Shown: one piece after another, positions 50,390 to 62,998 of the stretch | Layout: each line of letters begins with the position of its first letter | How positions within the stretch are numbered: position 1 is the first letter of the stretch | Assembly: GCA_951406725.2 (NCBI GenBank) | Contig: OX597838.1 | Location: 27,404,001 to 27,468,000 of the forward strand | Direction of reading: 5' to 3' | Origin: Octopus vulgaris | Lineage: Eukaryota | DNA length: 64,000 nt | Notes under the pieces: model-generated | What the model saw: the letters and a program-made list of their open reading frames with translations, nothing else | The model's database searches: none | What the model was told of the DNA's origin: nothing | Made by a program: the position numbers and the translations under genes

Positions 50390-50790
50390 GCGAAGACTTA
50401 TTGAGGCAAGTGAAATCAAATCAAAATCGCTGATGTGGCTGATGACAATACCACCTGATTGGCACTGATGCCAGTGGAACGTTAAAAGCACATCCGAGCG
50501 TGATCGTTGCCAGGGCCATGGACTGGCTCCCGTGCCGGTGGAACGTTAAAAGCACATCCTAGCATGATCGTTGCCAGGGCCACGGACTGGCTTCCATGCC
50601 AGTGGCACGTAAAAAGCACCATTCGAGTGTGATCATTGCCAGCATCGCCTTACCAGCACATGTGCTGGTGGTGTGTGAAAAATCACATTCAAGCGTGGTC
50701 GTTGCCAGTGCTGCTGGACTGGCTCCCGTGCAGGTAGTATGTAAAAAATGCCTTTCGAGCGTGGTCGTTGCCAGAATCGCCTGACTGACC
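50390..50790 (+). repeat. About 5 tandem ~65-bp units of the family-3 5' region
   Basis: gactggctcccgtgccggtggcacgtaaaaagcacc..cgagcgtg(a/g)tcgttgccag recurs with a period of about 65 bp. Confidence 0.85.
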
Positions 50791-51000
50791 CTCCATCTTT
50801 ATCGTAGTTCTGGGAAATATAGTACATAGCTGTGTCTCTATAATGCTTCCCTTTAGTTTCTGTATTGGTGCATGTGACTTTGCCTTATGTAGCAGGAACT
50901 GAGTTTTGTGAGATTTGAAATTCAAAGTTATATACTTATGGCAGAATTCTGTCAAATGTGACACAAGTTTTGACAAATAAGACAATTCCTGTCTGCATAT

Positions 51001-51207
51001 ACTCTTTTACTTGTTTCAGTCATTTGACTGCGGCCATGCTGGAGCACCGCCTTTAATCGAGCAACTTGACCCTGGGACTTATTCTTTTGTAAGCCCAGTA
51101 CTTATTCTATTGGTCTCTTTTGCCGAACCGCTAAGTAATGGGGACATAAACACATCAGCATCGGTTGTCAAGCAATGCTAGGGGGACAAACACAAACACA
51201 CACATGC

Positions 51208-51278
<71 letters not shown>

Positions 51279-51451
51279 TACATATATACGACGGGCTTCT
51301 TTCAGTTTCCGTCTACCAAATCCACTCACAAGGCTTTGGTCGGCCTGCGGCTATAGTAGAAGACACTTGCCCAAGGTGCCACGCAGTGGGACTGAACCCG
51401 GAACCATGTGGTCGGTAAATAAGCTACTTACCACACAGCCACTCCTGCACC
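51001..51451 (-). mobile_element. SINE family 1, young full-length copy
   Basis: actcttttacttgtttcagtcatttgactgcggcc...ttaccacacagccactcctgcacc. Confidence 0.9.
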
Positions 51452-52053
51452 TAGTGTATTTACATATTCACCAAAGTATCAAGTTTCTTTCTTCAGCTTG
51501 GTCTGCCTATCAGTAACTGCTGAGACTAGCCACCTGTAACACATGCAAATAGTGGTTATGAACTTTGAGAAATACATGCAGCTGAAACCTAATTCCGTGT
51601 TGCAATGACTCTCAGATCAATTATGTGAAGTAAGGTTTACTTGACTCCTCCATACTGATCACAAGATAGTTTGTGGTTATTTAGCGGCACTTGTAATTGC
51701 TGTTAGATTTGACTAATGATATAGTTAAATCGGTTTATCGATAATGTATTTGATCTTTCTGGTCAATTGTTGTTTGACTGCATCTGTTGGAAGTTTTATT
51801 ATATGATGCAAAATGTGTGTGTGTGTGTGTGTGGGGGGTGGTTTGGGAGTTGAAGGAAGGTACCCTAGGCTGGAGCATGATGGATGGTGGTACATAGATC
51901 ACAGATTGCATTTGTGGCACTGGTGGACCACTGTGGTAATAATACATTCAGCTGGTGCCTTCAATTTCGACGTGACCAGGACTGTATGTATTCAACAGTC
52001 AGTTCTGCTGCTGCTACTAGCTACCACCACCATCACCATAACTGCTGCTGCTG

Positions 52054-52095
<42 letters not shown>

Positions 52096-52171
52096 TATTG
52101 CTCCTTTTATCCCCGATATGTTTGGTGTCTATTTATAAACCATTTCTAAATGCAAATGTAAAGGTTGAAAA

Positions 52172-52204
<33 letters not shown>

Positions 52205-52954
52205 CATTATTATTATTATTATTAGTTTAAATAGAAAAGAAAAAGAGAAACCTGGAATTAGTTACTATAAAATTATCTTGCTGTAGTTGTAATTATACAT
52301 CTATTTATTTATTTCTTTTTACTCCGAAAGGGTAAAATAAAAATAAACACACACACACACACACATGACAAAAGTTAGAATGTTGGGTGGTTTGAGAGAA
52401 CAATTTTGAAATTTCAGTGATTACAGTGACATTTTGAGATATAAATGTCTATCATCCAACTCAAAAATGATATTTTTTTAAATGTTGTCCTGCCCTCCCT
52501 CTGTCCCCGCTGCCTATATATTCAGTATAATTAGTATGTTAACATTCTTGTAACTAAACTAAGAAGACAATGGTCTCTCCGTAATCACCTGATCGTGCAA
52601 GGCTTAAATAGTGAAAAAAAAAGGGGAAAATAATAAAATGGAAAAAAATTTAAAAAAGAGAAAATAAAATGGAAAAAAAAATAGATGTGTTTACTCCACC
52701 CCTCATGATGAAGTCAATGGGTTTGAGGTCAGTTAGTTTTGGACACTTACGAGACAATTCAATCACTTCTATAATAATGGAGCCAGTGAAGGAGACCCTA
52801 AGTAACCTAGGATCTCCCTTGTGTTAAAACCTACTGCCTTAAAAAAAGGGACACGTTGGAGTACTTACTCCTCCTTCTCCTCTTCCTCTGCCTTCAAAAG
52901 ACACAATGCTGCAGTTTTTTTTTTCTTGTCTGAGAGAAAATCTGATACATATAT

Positions 52955-53357
52955 CTATTTCTTTACGACCCACAAGGGGACAAACAAGGACAGACAAACG
53001 GATTAAGTCGATTATATCGACCCCAGTGCGTAACTGGTACTTATTTAATCGACCCCGAAAGGATGAAAGGCAAAGTCGACCTCGGCGGAATTTGAACTCA
53101 GAACGTAACAGCAGACGAAATACCTATTTCTTTACAACCCACAAGGGGCTAAACACAGAGGGGACAAACAAGGACAGACAAACGGATTAAGTCGATTATA
53201 TCGACCCCAGTGCGTAACTGGTACTTATTTAATCGACCCCCGAAAGGATGAAAGGCAAAGTCGACCTCGGCGGAATTTGAACTCAGAACGTAACGGCAGA
53301 CGAAATACGGCTACGTATTTTGCCCGGCGTGCTAACGTTTCTGCCAGCTTGCTGCCT
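52955..53357 (-). mobile_element. Family-2 SINE with internal tandem dimer, young
   Basis: Two near-identical ~170-bp units; junction cagacgaaatacctatttctttac at 53112-53135. Confidence 0.9.
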
Positions 53358-53586
53358 GATACATATATCAGAGCACAGTAAACATTGCCATGGCAGTGAC
53401 CCAGAAGAATGCTGGGTGCATTTCAGCCTACTCGGTCCTTGCGAATGATGTGTACTCACTAGTCATCTACCTTTACAAAACTGCTCTTTTTTCAGTACAT
53501 AGTAAACAGTCAATAATACATTCACTGTTATTGCAGTGAAAGGCCTATCAGACTGAAAAAACACACACACACACACACAGTGTATA

Positions 53587-53755
53587 CAGGGTTGGCCAAA
53601 AGTCACCCGACAGTAAATCAAAACCATTCAATTCCAAGATTTATTTATGTTTAACAACTGAATGAATTTAATGAAAGCATCTAATTATGAAACATCATGA
53701 AAATTGTTCAAATTGAAGTCGTTCTTGAATGACAAATTTTTCCATTCGAGTCAAA
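53587..53755 (-). mobile_element. Tc1/mariner 3'-end relic
   Basis: TA|cagggttggccaaaagtcac TIR-like end; minus-strand frame TRMEKFVIQERLQFEQFS* resembles Tc1/Tc3-type transposase C-termini. Confidence 0.55.
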
Positions 53756-54399
53756 ATCCAGTGGCTAGCCTTCTCCACTGCAGATTAGAATAGACAAAGA
53801 TTAGTTGGGAAGCCTAATCTTTGGATTCTTATACGTCCTGTCATATATCTTTCACCTTGTTACCTGTTTAAAAACGAATGAAAAAAATGTCATCACCATC
53901 ATCACCATTTTTACTACTACTACTACTACTAGTTTATTGAATGGAGTTAGGTGTGTCTGTATATTTTTTATGAGTTTCACTGAAATTGCACTGAGTTGGC
54001 AGGTATCCAACAACGATTTGTTGTGTCTGATGGGAGAAAGTGTGTTGCACTCATTCACTGTCACTCTCACACATTTCTATGGTTGCTCCTGTTCTTTCTT
54101 CTGTGAGGTACTTTTACATGAGCGACCTCAGCAATCAGGCTGTCTGTGATAGGGGCCTAGGCAACAGGGCTGCCGTAGTGGATTTGTGGATATCTGAAAG
54201 TGTTGAACTTTGTGTAAGACATACAGGCTGGGGGCAAAAATCACAAAAGAGTTTCGATATTTACTACTCTGTTTTACATTTTTGCTTTTGTTTTAAACTA
54301 ACAGTACCATGGCATCATATTCGGTCTATCATCAGCAGCATTTAATGTCCATTGTTCCTGCGATGCTCTTTTACAGCCATCACATGATGTCAAGGTAAA

Positions 54400-54822
54400 C
54401 ATATACATAAACATGCACACACACACACACATTGTATATATATATATATATATACACACACACAATGTGTATATATGTATATATATTTATATATATGTGG
54501 GTATATATATATATGTATGTGTATATATATATATATGTATGTGTATATGTATATATGTATGTGTATATGTATATATATATATATGTGTGTATGTGTATAT
54601 GTATATATATATATGTGTGTATGTGTATATGTATATATATATATATATATATGTGTGTATATGTGTATGTGTATATGTATATGTGTATATGTATATGTGT
54701 ATGTGTATATGTATATATGTATGTGTATATGTATATGTGTATATATATATATGTGTGTGTGTGTATATGTATATATATATATGTGTGTGTGTGTATGTGT
54801 ATATATATGTGTGTGTGTGTGT
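54400..54822. repeat. Compound TA/TG microsatellite
   Basis: Seen directly. Confidence 0.95.
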
Positions 54823-55536
54823 AAAGTGGTTGTTGTAAGGAACGATATCCAATCACGGAAACCTTGCTAAAGGAAACACTGGGGACCAACAGAGCCATCA
54901 GGTTAATTGGATCTTGCCAGACCTTCCAACTCTGCCAACACAGAACAGAGATGTTAAGCGATGAGGATGATGATGATTATGTTGAAAGAGATGTGGTCAT
55001 CATTGTGTCTGTCTTTCTGACGACTTTGATGTAATTTGGAGTTACAAATTAGAAAATGCATTGAAAACAGTCAAACCTTAAAAATATTCAGAAGAAAAAG
55101 AAAAGAAACTCATGAATGAAAGGAAAAGAAACATGTTTACATTGAAAAATGTGACGTTTGTAGCTGTAGCTGGTCGGTTGGAGGAAATGGTTCGACAAAA
55201 GATTTTCTTGCTTGAATATTCATAAGGAATCTTTTAATGTAGAAAAGTAATTATTCTCCATGGTAATTTGAGTTGTTGTCTACTTAACGGTATTACGCTG
55301 TGACGTTAGTGGAAGCTGAAAGATGATGTAAGTTTAATGAATTTATCACGAGAAGAAAAAAAAAAAAAACCCCCAGAAATGAATGAAATATATAAACATA
55401 CAAATGAATAAATAAAATAATTGTGGTTTAAGAATTCTTGAAGAACTACGTTTCAATGTAAATGATGATGACAATTGCAAAGCTTAAAAATATATCAACA
55501 AGAAAATTGGATTATTATTTATTATGTTACGTTATA

Positions 55537-55567
<31 letters not shown>

Positions 55568-55696
55568 TTTTCTGTTTTCTTAAACTATTAAACAACTATT
55601 GCAAATACATTTTGGAAGCCAATATTTTCTTGGAGTATTTTCTGCAAGTGTTCTCCATAAATATTTATTTGTTGTTGTTGTTTCTTGTCCGGTACA

Positions 55697-56090
55697 GGCG
55701 CAGGAGTGTCTGTGTGGTAAGTAGCTTCTTTACCAACCACATGGTTCCGGATTCAGTCCCACTGCGTGGCACCTTGGGCAAGTGTTTTCTACTATAGCCT
55801 CGGGCCGACCAAAGCCTTGTGAGTGGTTTTGGTAGACGGAAACTGAAAGAAGCCCGTCGTATATATATATATATATATGTGTATGTGTGTTTGTGTTTGT
55901 CCCTCTAGCATTGCTTGACAACCGATGGTGGTGTGTGTATGTCCCCGTCACTTAGCTGTTCGACAAAAGAGACCGATAGAATAATAAGTACTGGGCTTAC
56001 AAAGAATAAGTCCCGGGGTCGAGTTGGTCGATTAAAGCCGGTGCTCCAGCATGGCCGCAGTCAAATGACTGAAACAAGTAAAAGAGAGTA
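55697..56090 (+). mobile_element. SINE family 1, full length
   Basis: ggcgcaggagtgtctgtgtggtaagtagc...aaatgactgaaacaagtaaaagagag; possible TSD ggtacag. Confidence 0.9.
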
Positions 56091-56789
56091 AAGGGAAAGA
56101 GGTACAGTCCTGATCAATAGACATAGGAATGGCAGACCCTTTATCAATGCGGTTCCAGCTATAACTAACCATTTTCAGTTAATCTTTCATGCAAACATAC
56201 CATCTGTCTAGAACTCCATAGCGTCCAAACCATGCCAATATGTCCTTCTTTTTAAACACAGTACAGTGAAACTTCAGAGAGATTGGTTGCTATTTTTAGC
56301 TGGCCACATGACTAGGTGCTTCCTCTATGCACTTGCAAACATACAGTTGTTTAAGTTTCCTTTTTCGGTCAGATAGTCTGTAATAAGACTTTGTGGTTTT
56401 CCGTTTTCTTGCTATTATTTCATTATTTATCTCCAGTTTTTTTTTTTTTTTCCTCTCCATAAATTTCCATTGTTTCTTTGATTTCACATCAAGCAATTAC
56501 TTCTTCCGTTTTAACTCTTGTAAATCAGACTGGCTTTCTAAAATTTTATCTATTGAAAGCATAGCCAATATAATTTAGAAGCTTTCATCTTTCCTTCAAT
56601 AACCTCATTCCTCGTTTCTGTTATGGCTTTTAATCAGCTTTTATTTCTGTGTTCAGTTAAAGTCTTCTCCAATTTGGTCGATCTCTTTACACAGCGTTTT
56701 CAATCTACACCAAACATGATCACTCTGCAGTTTTCAATAGTGTAGTTTTGGGTGTTTTTAAAAAAAATTTTTTTTTTTATGGTTATAAC

Positions 56790-57387
56790 TTAAACGCTTT
56801 TGCTACCAACCCACTTGAGACTGTTCTGCTCTTGGCTCTGCGATACAAACTTTGCATTAAAGTGATTTAAATTAAAACCCAAACCTTCCATCAAAATTTC
56901 ATGTTAATTTATGTTCCAAACACCAGCTTAATAATTGATACAGATATTTTACTAAAACTAAAATAGTCGTTATTTTTCAAAATTAATTGAAACAAATACA
57001 ATGCATTTGAACAGAAATCTGGTAAGAAATGGGTTCACACTTTTGATAGCATCCTGCCCAACACTACTCTTGGTTCTATGGCACAAACTTCCTGTTTTAA
57101 AGTGATCTAAATTAATATCAAACTGCCCATCAAAATTTCATGTTAATTTGTATTTCTAAAAACCAGCTTCGTAATTGCCAATGTTATATTACTAAATTCT
57201 TCATTATTTTCAAAATTAATTGACAAGGTGTGACTGTGTGGTAAGTAGCTTGCTTACCAACCACATGGTTCCAGGTTCAGTCCCACTGCATGGCACCTTG
57301 GCCAAGTGACTTCCGTTGTAGCCTCGGGCCGACCAAAGCCTTGTGAGTGGATTTGGTAGACGGAAACTGAAAGAAGCCTGTCGTATA

Positions 57388-57456
<69 letters not shown>

Positions 57457-57710
57457 TCTGTGTTTGTCCCCCCAACATCGCTTGACAACCGATGCTGGTG
57501 TGTTTACGTCCCCGTAACTTAGCGGTTCGGCAAAAGAGACCGATAGAATAAGTACTAGGCTTAAAAAAAGAATAAGTCCTGGGGTCGATTTGCTCGACTA
57601 AAGGCGGTGCTCCAGCATGGCCGCAGTCAAATGACTGAAACATGTAAAAGAGTAACTGGAGCAGTGAGTTTCAACAGGAGTGTAGTAACAAAGGGATTAG
57701 TTGATTCACT
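56790..57710. mobile_element. Two tandem decayed family-A TTAA MITEs; the second is interrupted by a family-1 SINE (57228-57653, +)
   Basis: ccatcaaaatttcatgttaattt and caaaattaattga each occur twice; the SINE sits between attgac and the MITE end gtaacaaaggg. Confidence 0.7.
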
Positions 57711-59404
57711 AACGAATGTACTGTATGCACTCATTTAGCTATTTGCACTCGGATGTGCATGTATGCACGTGTGCTTGTTTGTATGCATGCAGGCAATGTG
57801 TTCTATATCCGTTTACTTTTGTGCTTCTCTGAAAATTGGGAGCTCCTCTGGGAAATGCATGAAAGTCACAGAATCACATTCTGTTTAACTGAAGTCAGAT
57901 AAAAGCCAGCGAGACAATGAGATTGATTGATTTAATCAACTGTGTTTACAAACTCTTACAAACTTTCTGCATCATTAGAGCCTATTTTTCTTCATAGTGT
58001 CTGCGAAAACTAAGTGGAGTTACCCCCTCCCCTTCACTTGTTTTTATCTTACAAATCCTACAACATCAGGTCGTAATTTCATTACATTAGGAAGTGCCAA
58101 CCGTTTTTTTGTTTCGGTGAATCTAATGATGAGGATTTTGTTGTACTTTGAGACGGTCATTATGCCATTAATAAAAGCACACACTGGTTTTATTTAACTT
58201 ATTATTATTAGTCAATTAACTAAGCATTTAAGCAATTAACTAATTGATTGTTTGATTTATCATTCTTCAGTCAATCAAACAATCAGCTGGGTTTGTCAAA
58301 GACCTGTCCTCACCATCCCCGACCTTATCAATGACATACCCTTTCTACACCCAATTAATCAAAGAACCAATTAGTTAATTGGTTAAATGTCAATGAAATT
58401 ACTAATAATGATGAAAGAAGTGAAACAGAACCAGTGTGTGTATTTTATTGGCGCAACGACCATTCTGAAAGACGTCAAAGTTTGTTTCAACACACAAGTT
58501 CTCATCAAGAATTTTGCAAACTGAAAACAAGCAAAATAAAAATGAGGAGCTTGCAATAAATAAATAAATAAATAGAATAATTAAATGATAAAAATTTTCT
58601 AATGAGAAAAGCATGAATATCACACCATCAAATTCACTTCGAGAAATTTTCAGACAAAAAAAAAAAACATCTTTTTTTTTAATATTTTTGAAGTTGAATA
58701 TAAATCAATATTGATGTTTCTTTTGAAGAAATAGAAAATAAAACTTTAAGAATACATTTTTGATTTTGCGTTGAAGAATTTTTATCTTCAGATTTTTCCT
58801 CTTTTTTTTTTTTATCTGTTCTACATTATTTATTTTTTTATTTATTAGAATAATTTTATACTTTTTTTTTGAAAAGGAAATAAAAACAAAAAGAATATCG
58901 TAGAGGTTTTCCTGATGCTACGAGATCTACTTTGGGAATTGGTTCATTCTATTTTTAACCTTTCTGGGAAGAATTAGGTTTAATTTTTTTTTTTTTTTGT
59001 TATTTAAAAAAAAAGATTAGGTCGGGGTTAGGGTGAAAGAAAAAAGATTAGGTTGGGGTGGGAGTGAAAGAAAAAAGAATTACATGGAAAATTCTTTGAG
59101 CTTTGTGGTTGTGGTGGTGCAGTATGATAAAAAAAAAAGTTTTTGTACAAAAGAAGTGTTTGGAAATACAGGTCAACCAGTGCAGATCCTGAAAAACAAA
59201 TACAACAAAAAGAAAAATGTTTGTCTCAATGGAGTTTATTTAATGAGACTTGATCAAATGATTAGATTATATATATATCACTTGTTCATTTGTTTTACAT
59301 TTATTTGGTTACCTTCATACTGGCATGGTATATGTGTATATTTGTTTGTGCATGTGTATATATAAATATTTATTATTATTTTTATTGCAATTTTTTTTTT
59401 GTCT

Positions 59405-59960
59405 TCCAAGTACTTGGTGACCCTGTCAGTGCAGGTGCCACTTAAAAGCACCCAGTCCAAACTGTAAAGTACTTGGTGTTTGGAAGGACATCCAGCTGTA
59501 AAAAAAACCTTGCCAAAACTGACCTTGCCTGTGTTTGTGCCACGTAAAAAGCACTGAGTCCACTCTGCTGAGTGGTTAGTGTTAGGAAGGGCATCCAGCT
59601 GTAAAAATCCTACCAAAACAGTTAGAGAAGTCTGGTGCAGGCTACTGCCTGGCTAGCTCTTGTCAAACCTATTTCTTTACTACTCAAAAGGGGCCAAACA
59701 CAGAGGGGACAAACAAGGACAGACAAACGGATTAAGTCAATTACATCGACCCCAGTGTGTAACTGGTACTTATTTAATCAACCCTGAAAGGATGAAAGGT
59801 AAAGTCGACCTCGGCGGAATTTGAACTCAGAACGTAACGGCAGATGGAATACGGTTATGCACTTCGCCCGGCGTGCTAACGTTTCTGCCAACTCGCCGCC
59901 TTGTCAAACCGTCCCACCCATGCCAGCATGGAAGGTGGACGTTAAACGATGAAGATGATT
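59405..59960 (+). mobile_element. Family-3 element interrupted by a family-2 SINE (59670-59900, minus strand)
   Basis: TSD cttgtcaaacc at 59659-59669 and 59900-59910. Confidence 0.85.
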
Positions 59961-60270
59961 GTTATTATTAAAACTGACACTGAGTGTTCCAGTCGTTCTC
60001 ATCAAGAGAACAGCCTGCTTGTGAAATTGACATGCAAGTGGTTGAGCACTCCTCAGACACATGTACCCTTAACGTTGTTCCACGGGACGATTCAGTGTGA
60101 CACAATATGTGACAAAGCTGGGCCCTTTGAAATACAGGTACAACTCATTTTTGCCAGCTGAGTGGACTAGAACAATGAGAAATAAAGTGTCTTGCTTAGT
60201 AAACACAATGCACTGCCAGGAATCAAGTTCCTGATGTTATGACTGTGAGTCGAATATCCTAACCACCGAG

Positions 60271-60305
<35 letters not shown>

Positions 60306-60681
60306 TCATTTGAATGGTCATGTTTCGTGCCAGCTTGAGTCAGATGGTTTCACAGGACTACATCATGCTCCAGTATCTGCCTTGGCAAGAAGTTCTGTTG
60401 CTGGTTGGTATCTGCCTCAGAGCATGTATTCGGTGCTTCTCTTCAGCCACCAGCACTAGCGAGGCTGCCATGCAGCTTTGTAAACTATGTCCCCTGAGAG
60501 CTGTGCTGCTTTTTGCTAGGCAATGAAAGGTTAAAATATGAGAGAAGTGGGCCTGGGAGTAATGGTAATTAAGGGGTGACTTCACTCTCCCCATTACTCC
60601 AAGACTCCTGAACTGGAGTATTGCCACAGGATGCAGTTTAAAATCATACCCAGGACAAATACATCCATCCCACTCCATATA

Positions 60682-61057
60682 TTAAGTTGAGGAAAAAGTT
60701 CATGCTCTGAACTTGTGCCAAATGGTCACGCCATCAACGCTGAACTTTACTGTGAGCAACTTATTCATCGAAAATGCACTTTGTTTCAACAAGACAACGC
60801 AAAGCCGCATACTGGGAGGTGTAGGAATGACTGTGTGGTAAGTAGCTTGCTTACGAACCACATGGTTCCGGGTTCAGTCCCACTGTGTGGCACCTTGGGC
60901 AAGTGTCTTCTACTATAGCCTCGGGCCGACCAAAGCCTTGAGTGGATTTGGTAGACGGAAACTGAAAGAAGCCCATCATATATATGTATATATATATATG
61001 TGTATGTTTATGTGTTGTGTTTGTCCCCCCCCCCCCCCAATTTTTTCCTCAACCTAG
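60682..61057 (+). mobile_element. Internally deleted mariner element with both TIRs, containing the 5' half of a family-1 SINE
   Basis: TA|ttaagttgaggaaaaagtt ... aattttttcctcaacctag|TA; transposase fragment ELVPNGHAINAELYCEQL...LFQQDNAKPHT (mariner HDNARPH motif); SINE at about 60816-61040. Confidence 0.85.
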
Positions 61058-61069
61058 TACATATATATA

Positions 61070-61285
61070 AAATGTGACCATGTGTGTACTGTTGGCGAAT
61101 TTTTTTCCTCCGTCTTCCTTTCTCTGGATCTTCCCTTTTTCTATGTTTCTGACGAAGAGCTTCGCTCGAAATGTTAAACCCTCCTTCTTCCCTTCCTTCC
61201 TGAGCGTCCATTAATCCTAATTTTGTTCCACGTCCTCGCGTTGTTGTGTTTTCTCTTTGTGTTTTCATGTTTGGATTAACTTTAT
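61070..61285 (+). mobile_element. Penelope-like (pLTR-type) repeat fragment within TA microsatellite
   Basis: Contains the hammerhead motif at 61145-61179 and is flanked by (TA)n. PLE assignment is inferred from the ribozyme type. Confidence 0.5.
61145..61179 (+). ncRNA. Minimal type I hammerhead ribozyme motif
   Basis: gttt CTGACGA a GAGC ttc GCTC GAAA tgtt aaac: intact CUGANGA/GAAA core, stem I gttt/aaac, stem II GAGC/GCTC. Confidence 0.75.
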
Positions 61286-62181
61286 ATATATATATACACA
61301 CACACAAAGTACCTTTTCTGGTGATCTTTGCAAATCCTGTCTCTGTTAACTTCAGCTTTTCCCCTTCCAGGGTCAGTTGATGAAGTAGCAGTCAAATACT
61401 GGGAGTCATCTCTCTCTCTCTCATTTGTTGTCTCACCTTCCATTTTTCTCACCAAAGAAATTGGTTGTGCTTAAACCTGAGCTATGCTGGGTTTTAAAAT
61501 GTCCAAGACATGCCATGTGTTTCAGCAGTGACCCAATAAAGAGTCGACAGTCTTGCCAGCGCAATGCTGTGTCGTGAATGATGGTAGCGAGGGGTGGTGA
61601 TGATGGTGACAGCGGTTGTGATGATGTTTATACATACATACAGTATATGTACACAGACACACTTGCACAGGCACACACACACACACTTGCACAGGCACAC
61701 ACATACACACACACACACACACACACTAGCAGCTCAACAGACAGACAGAATAAAAAGTGACAAAGTGTTTTTTTTCAAATTATTGGATTTCTTTTAAATT
61801 CAGAAAGAGAGAGAGAGAGAGAAAGGTGGGGAGCTATCCCGAACCCACCCACCCACCCACCCACTCAATAACATTCGTTTTCCGATTTATTGTACTTTTC
61901 TTTTTTAACCTAGAATTCCCATCTTTGGTGACGGTGATATAATTATTCCACCTGAAAGAGCAAGTGGAAAATCTTGAAATTTTTTCTATGTATCACATCC
62001 ATCAATGTCAGTTTGTCGAGTTTTTATGCATGCATGTGTGTGTGCACACGCATGCATGCATAAGTGCATACGCACATGCACACACATATACATATATGCA
62101 TACACACACACACACGCATTCTCTCTTTCTCTATGGGGTTCTTGTGCTACTTTTATGCTATGGACTAAATTCTTTCACCAA

Positions 62182-62213
<32 letters not shown>

Positions 62214-62604
62214 AGAAAAACAAAGAAACAGTAAAAGGAAAATGTAAATTAATATTGTGGTTGGTTGAGTTGATAAGGATTAGTGATGATAATGGGGATG
62301 GCGGTGGTGGTGGTGAAGATGATAACTTGCCTCCACCTATTCCCCCCACTATAGTTGTTTTTGTTTTTGTTTTCTTTATTTGTTAAATTTCTAAATGATG
62401 ACAATAATGATGATGATGATGATGATGGTGATTCCTAATGCTATAGGAACTAAACCACCTTTGGTGCTCGCTGTTCTTTAACTAAAAGCAAAGGTGACAA
62501 GACAGCAGTGAGCATTTTCTAATTAAGAACCCAGTCATATCCGTAATTCACATGCTGTTAAGTTTATTAAGGGCATTCAAATGAGGTTGTTTCCCTCTTC
62601 TGAC

Positions 62605-62943
62605 TCTTAATTATCATCATCATCATCATCATCATCATCATTATCATTATTATTATTATTATTATTGTTGTTGTTGTTGTTGTTATAGGCAGCGAGCTGG
62701 CAGAGTTGTTAGCTCCCTGGACAAAATGCTTAGCGGTATTTCGCCCGTCACTCCATTCTGAGTTCAAATTCTGCCGAGGTTGACTTGGCCTTTCATCCTT
62801 TTGGGATTGATAAAATAGGTACCAGTTGAACAATGGGGGTCGATATAATCGACTCATCCCCTCCCCTAAATTTGCTACCCTTGTGGCAAAATTTGAAACC
62901 ATTATCATTATTATTATTATTATCATTATTATTATCATCATCA

Positions 62944-62998
<55 letters not shown>

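Noticed and set aside
50440-50790. Regularly spaced repeats resembling a CRISPR array
   Set aside because: Whole units are homologous with no unique spacers; no cas genes; eukaryotic repeat context.
53855-53890. Minus-strand tttttaaacag|gtaaca acceptor-donor junction
   Set aside because: Weak donor, next to transposon relics, and opposite to the strand favoured by the other splice signals.
55140-55333. TGACGT sites and GAT|gtaagt as another first exon
   Set aside because: Modest CpG enrichment and no other support; GTAAGT occurs by chance many times in 64 kb of AT-rich DNA.
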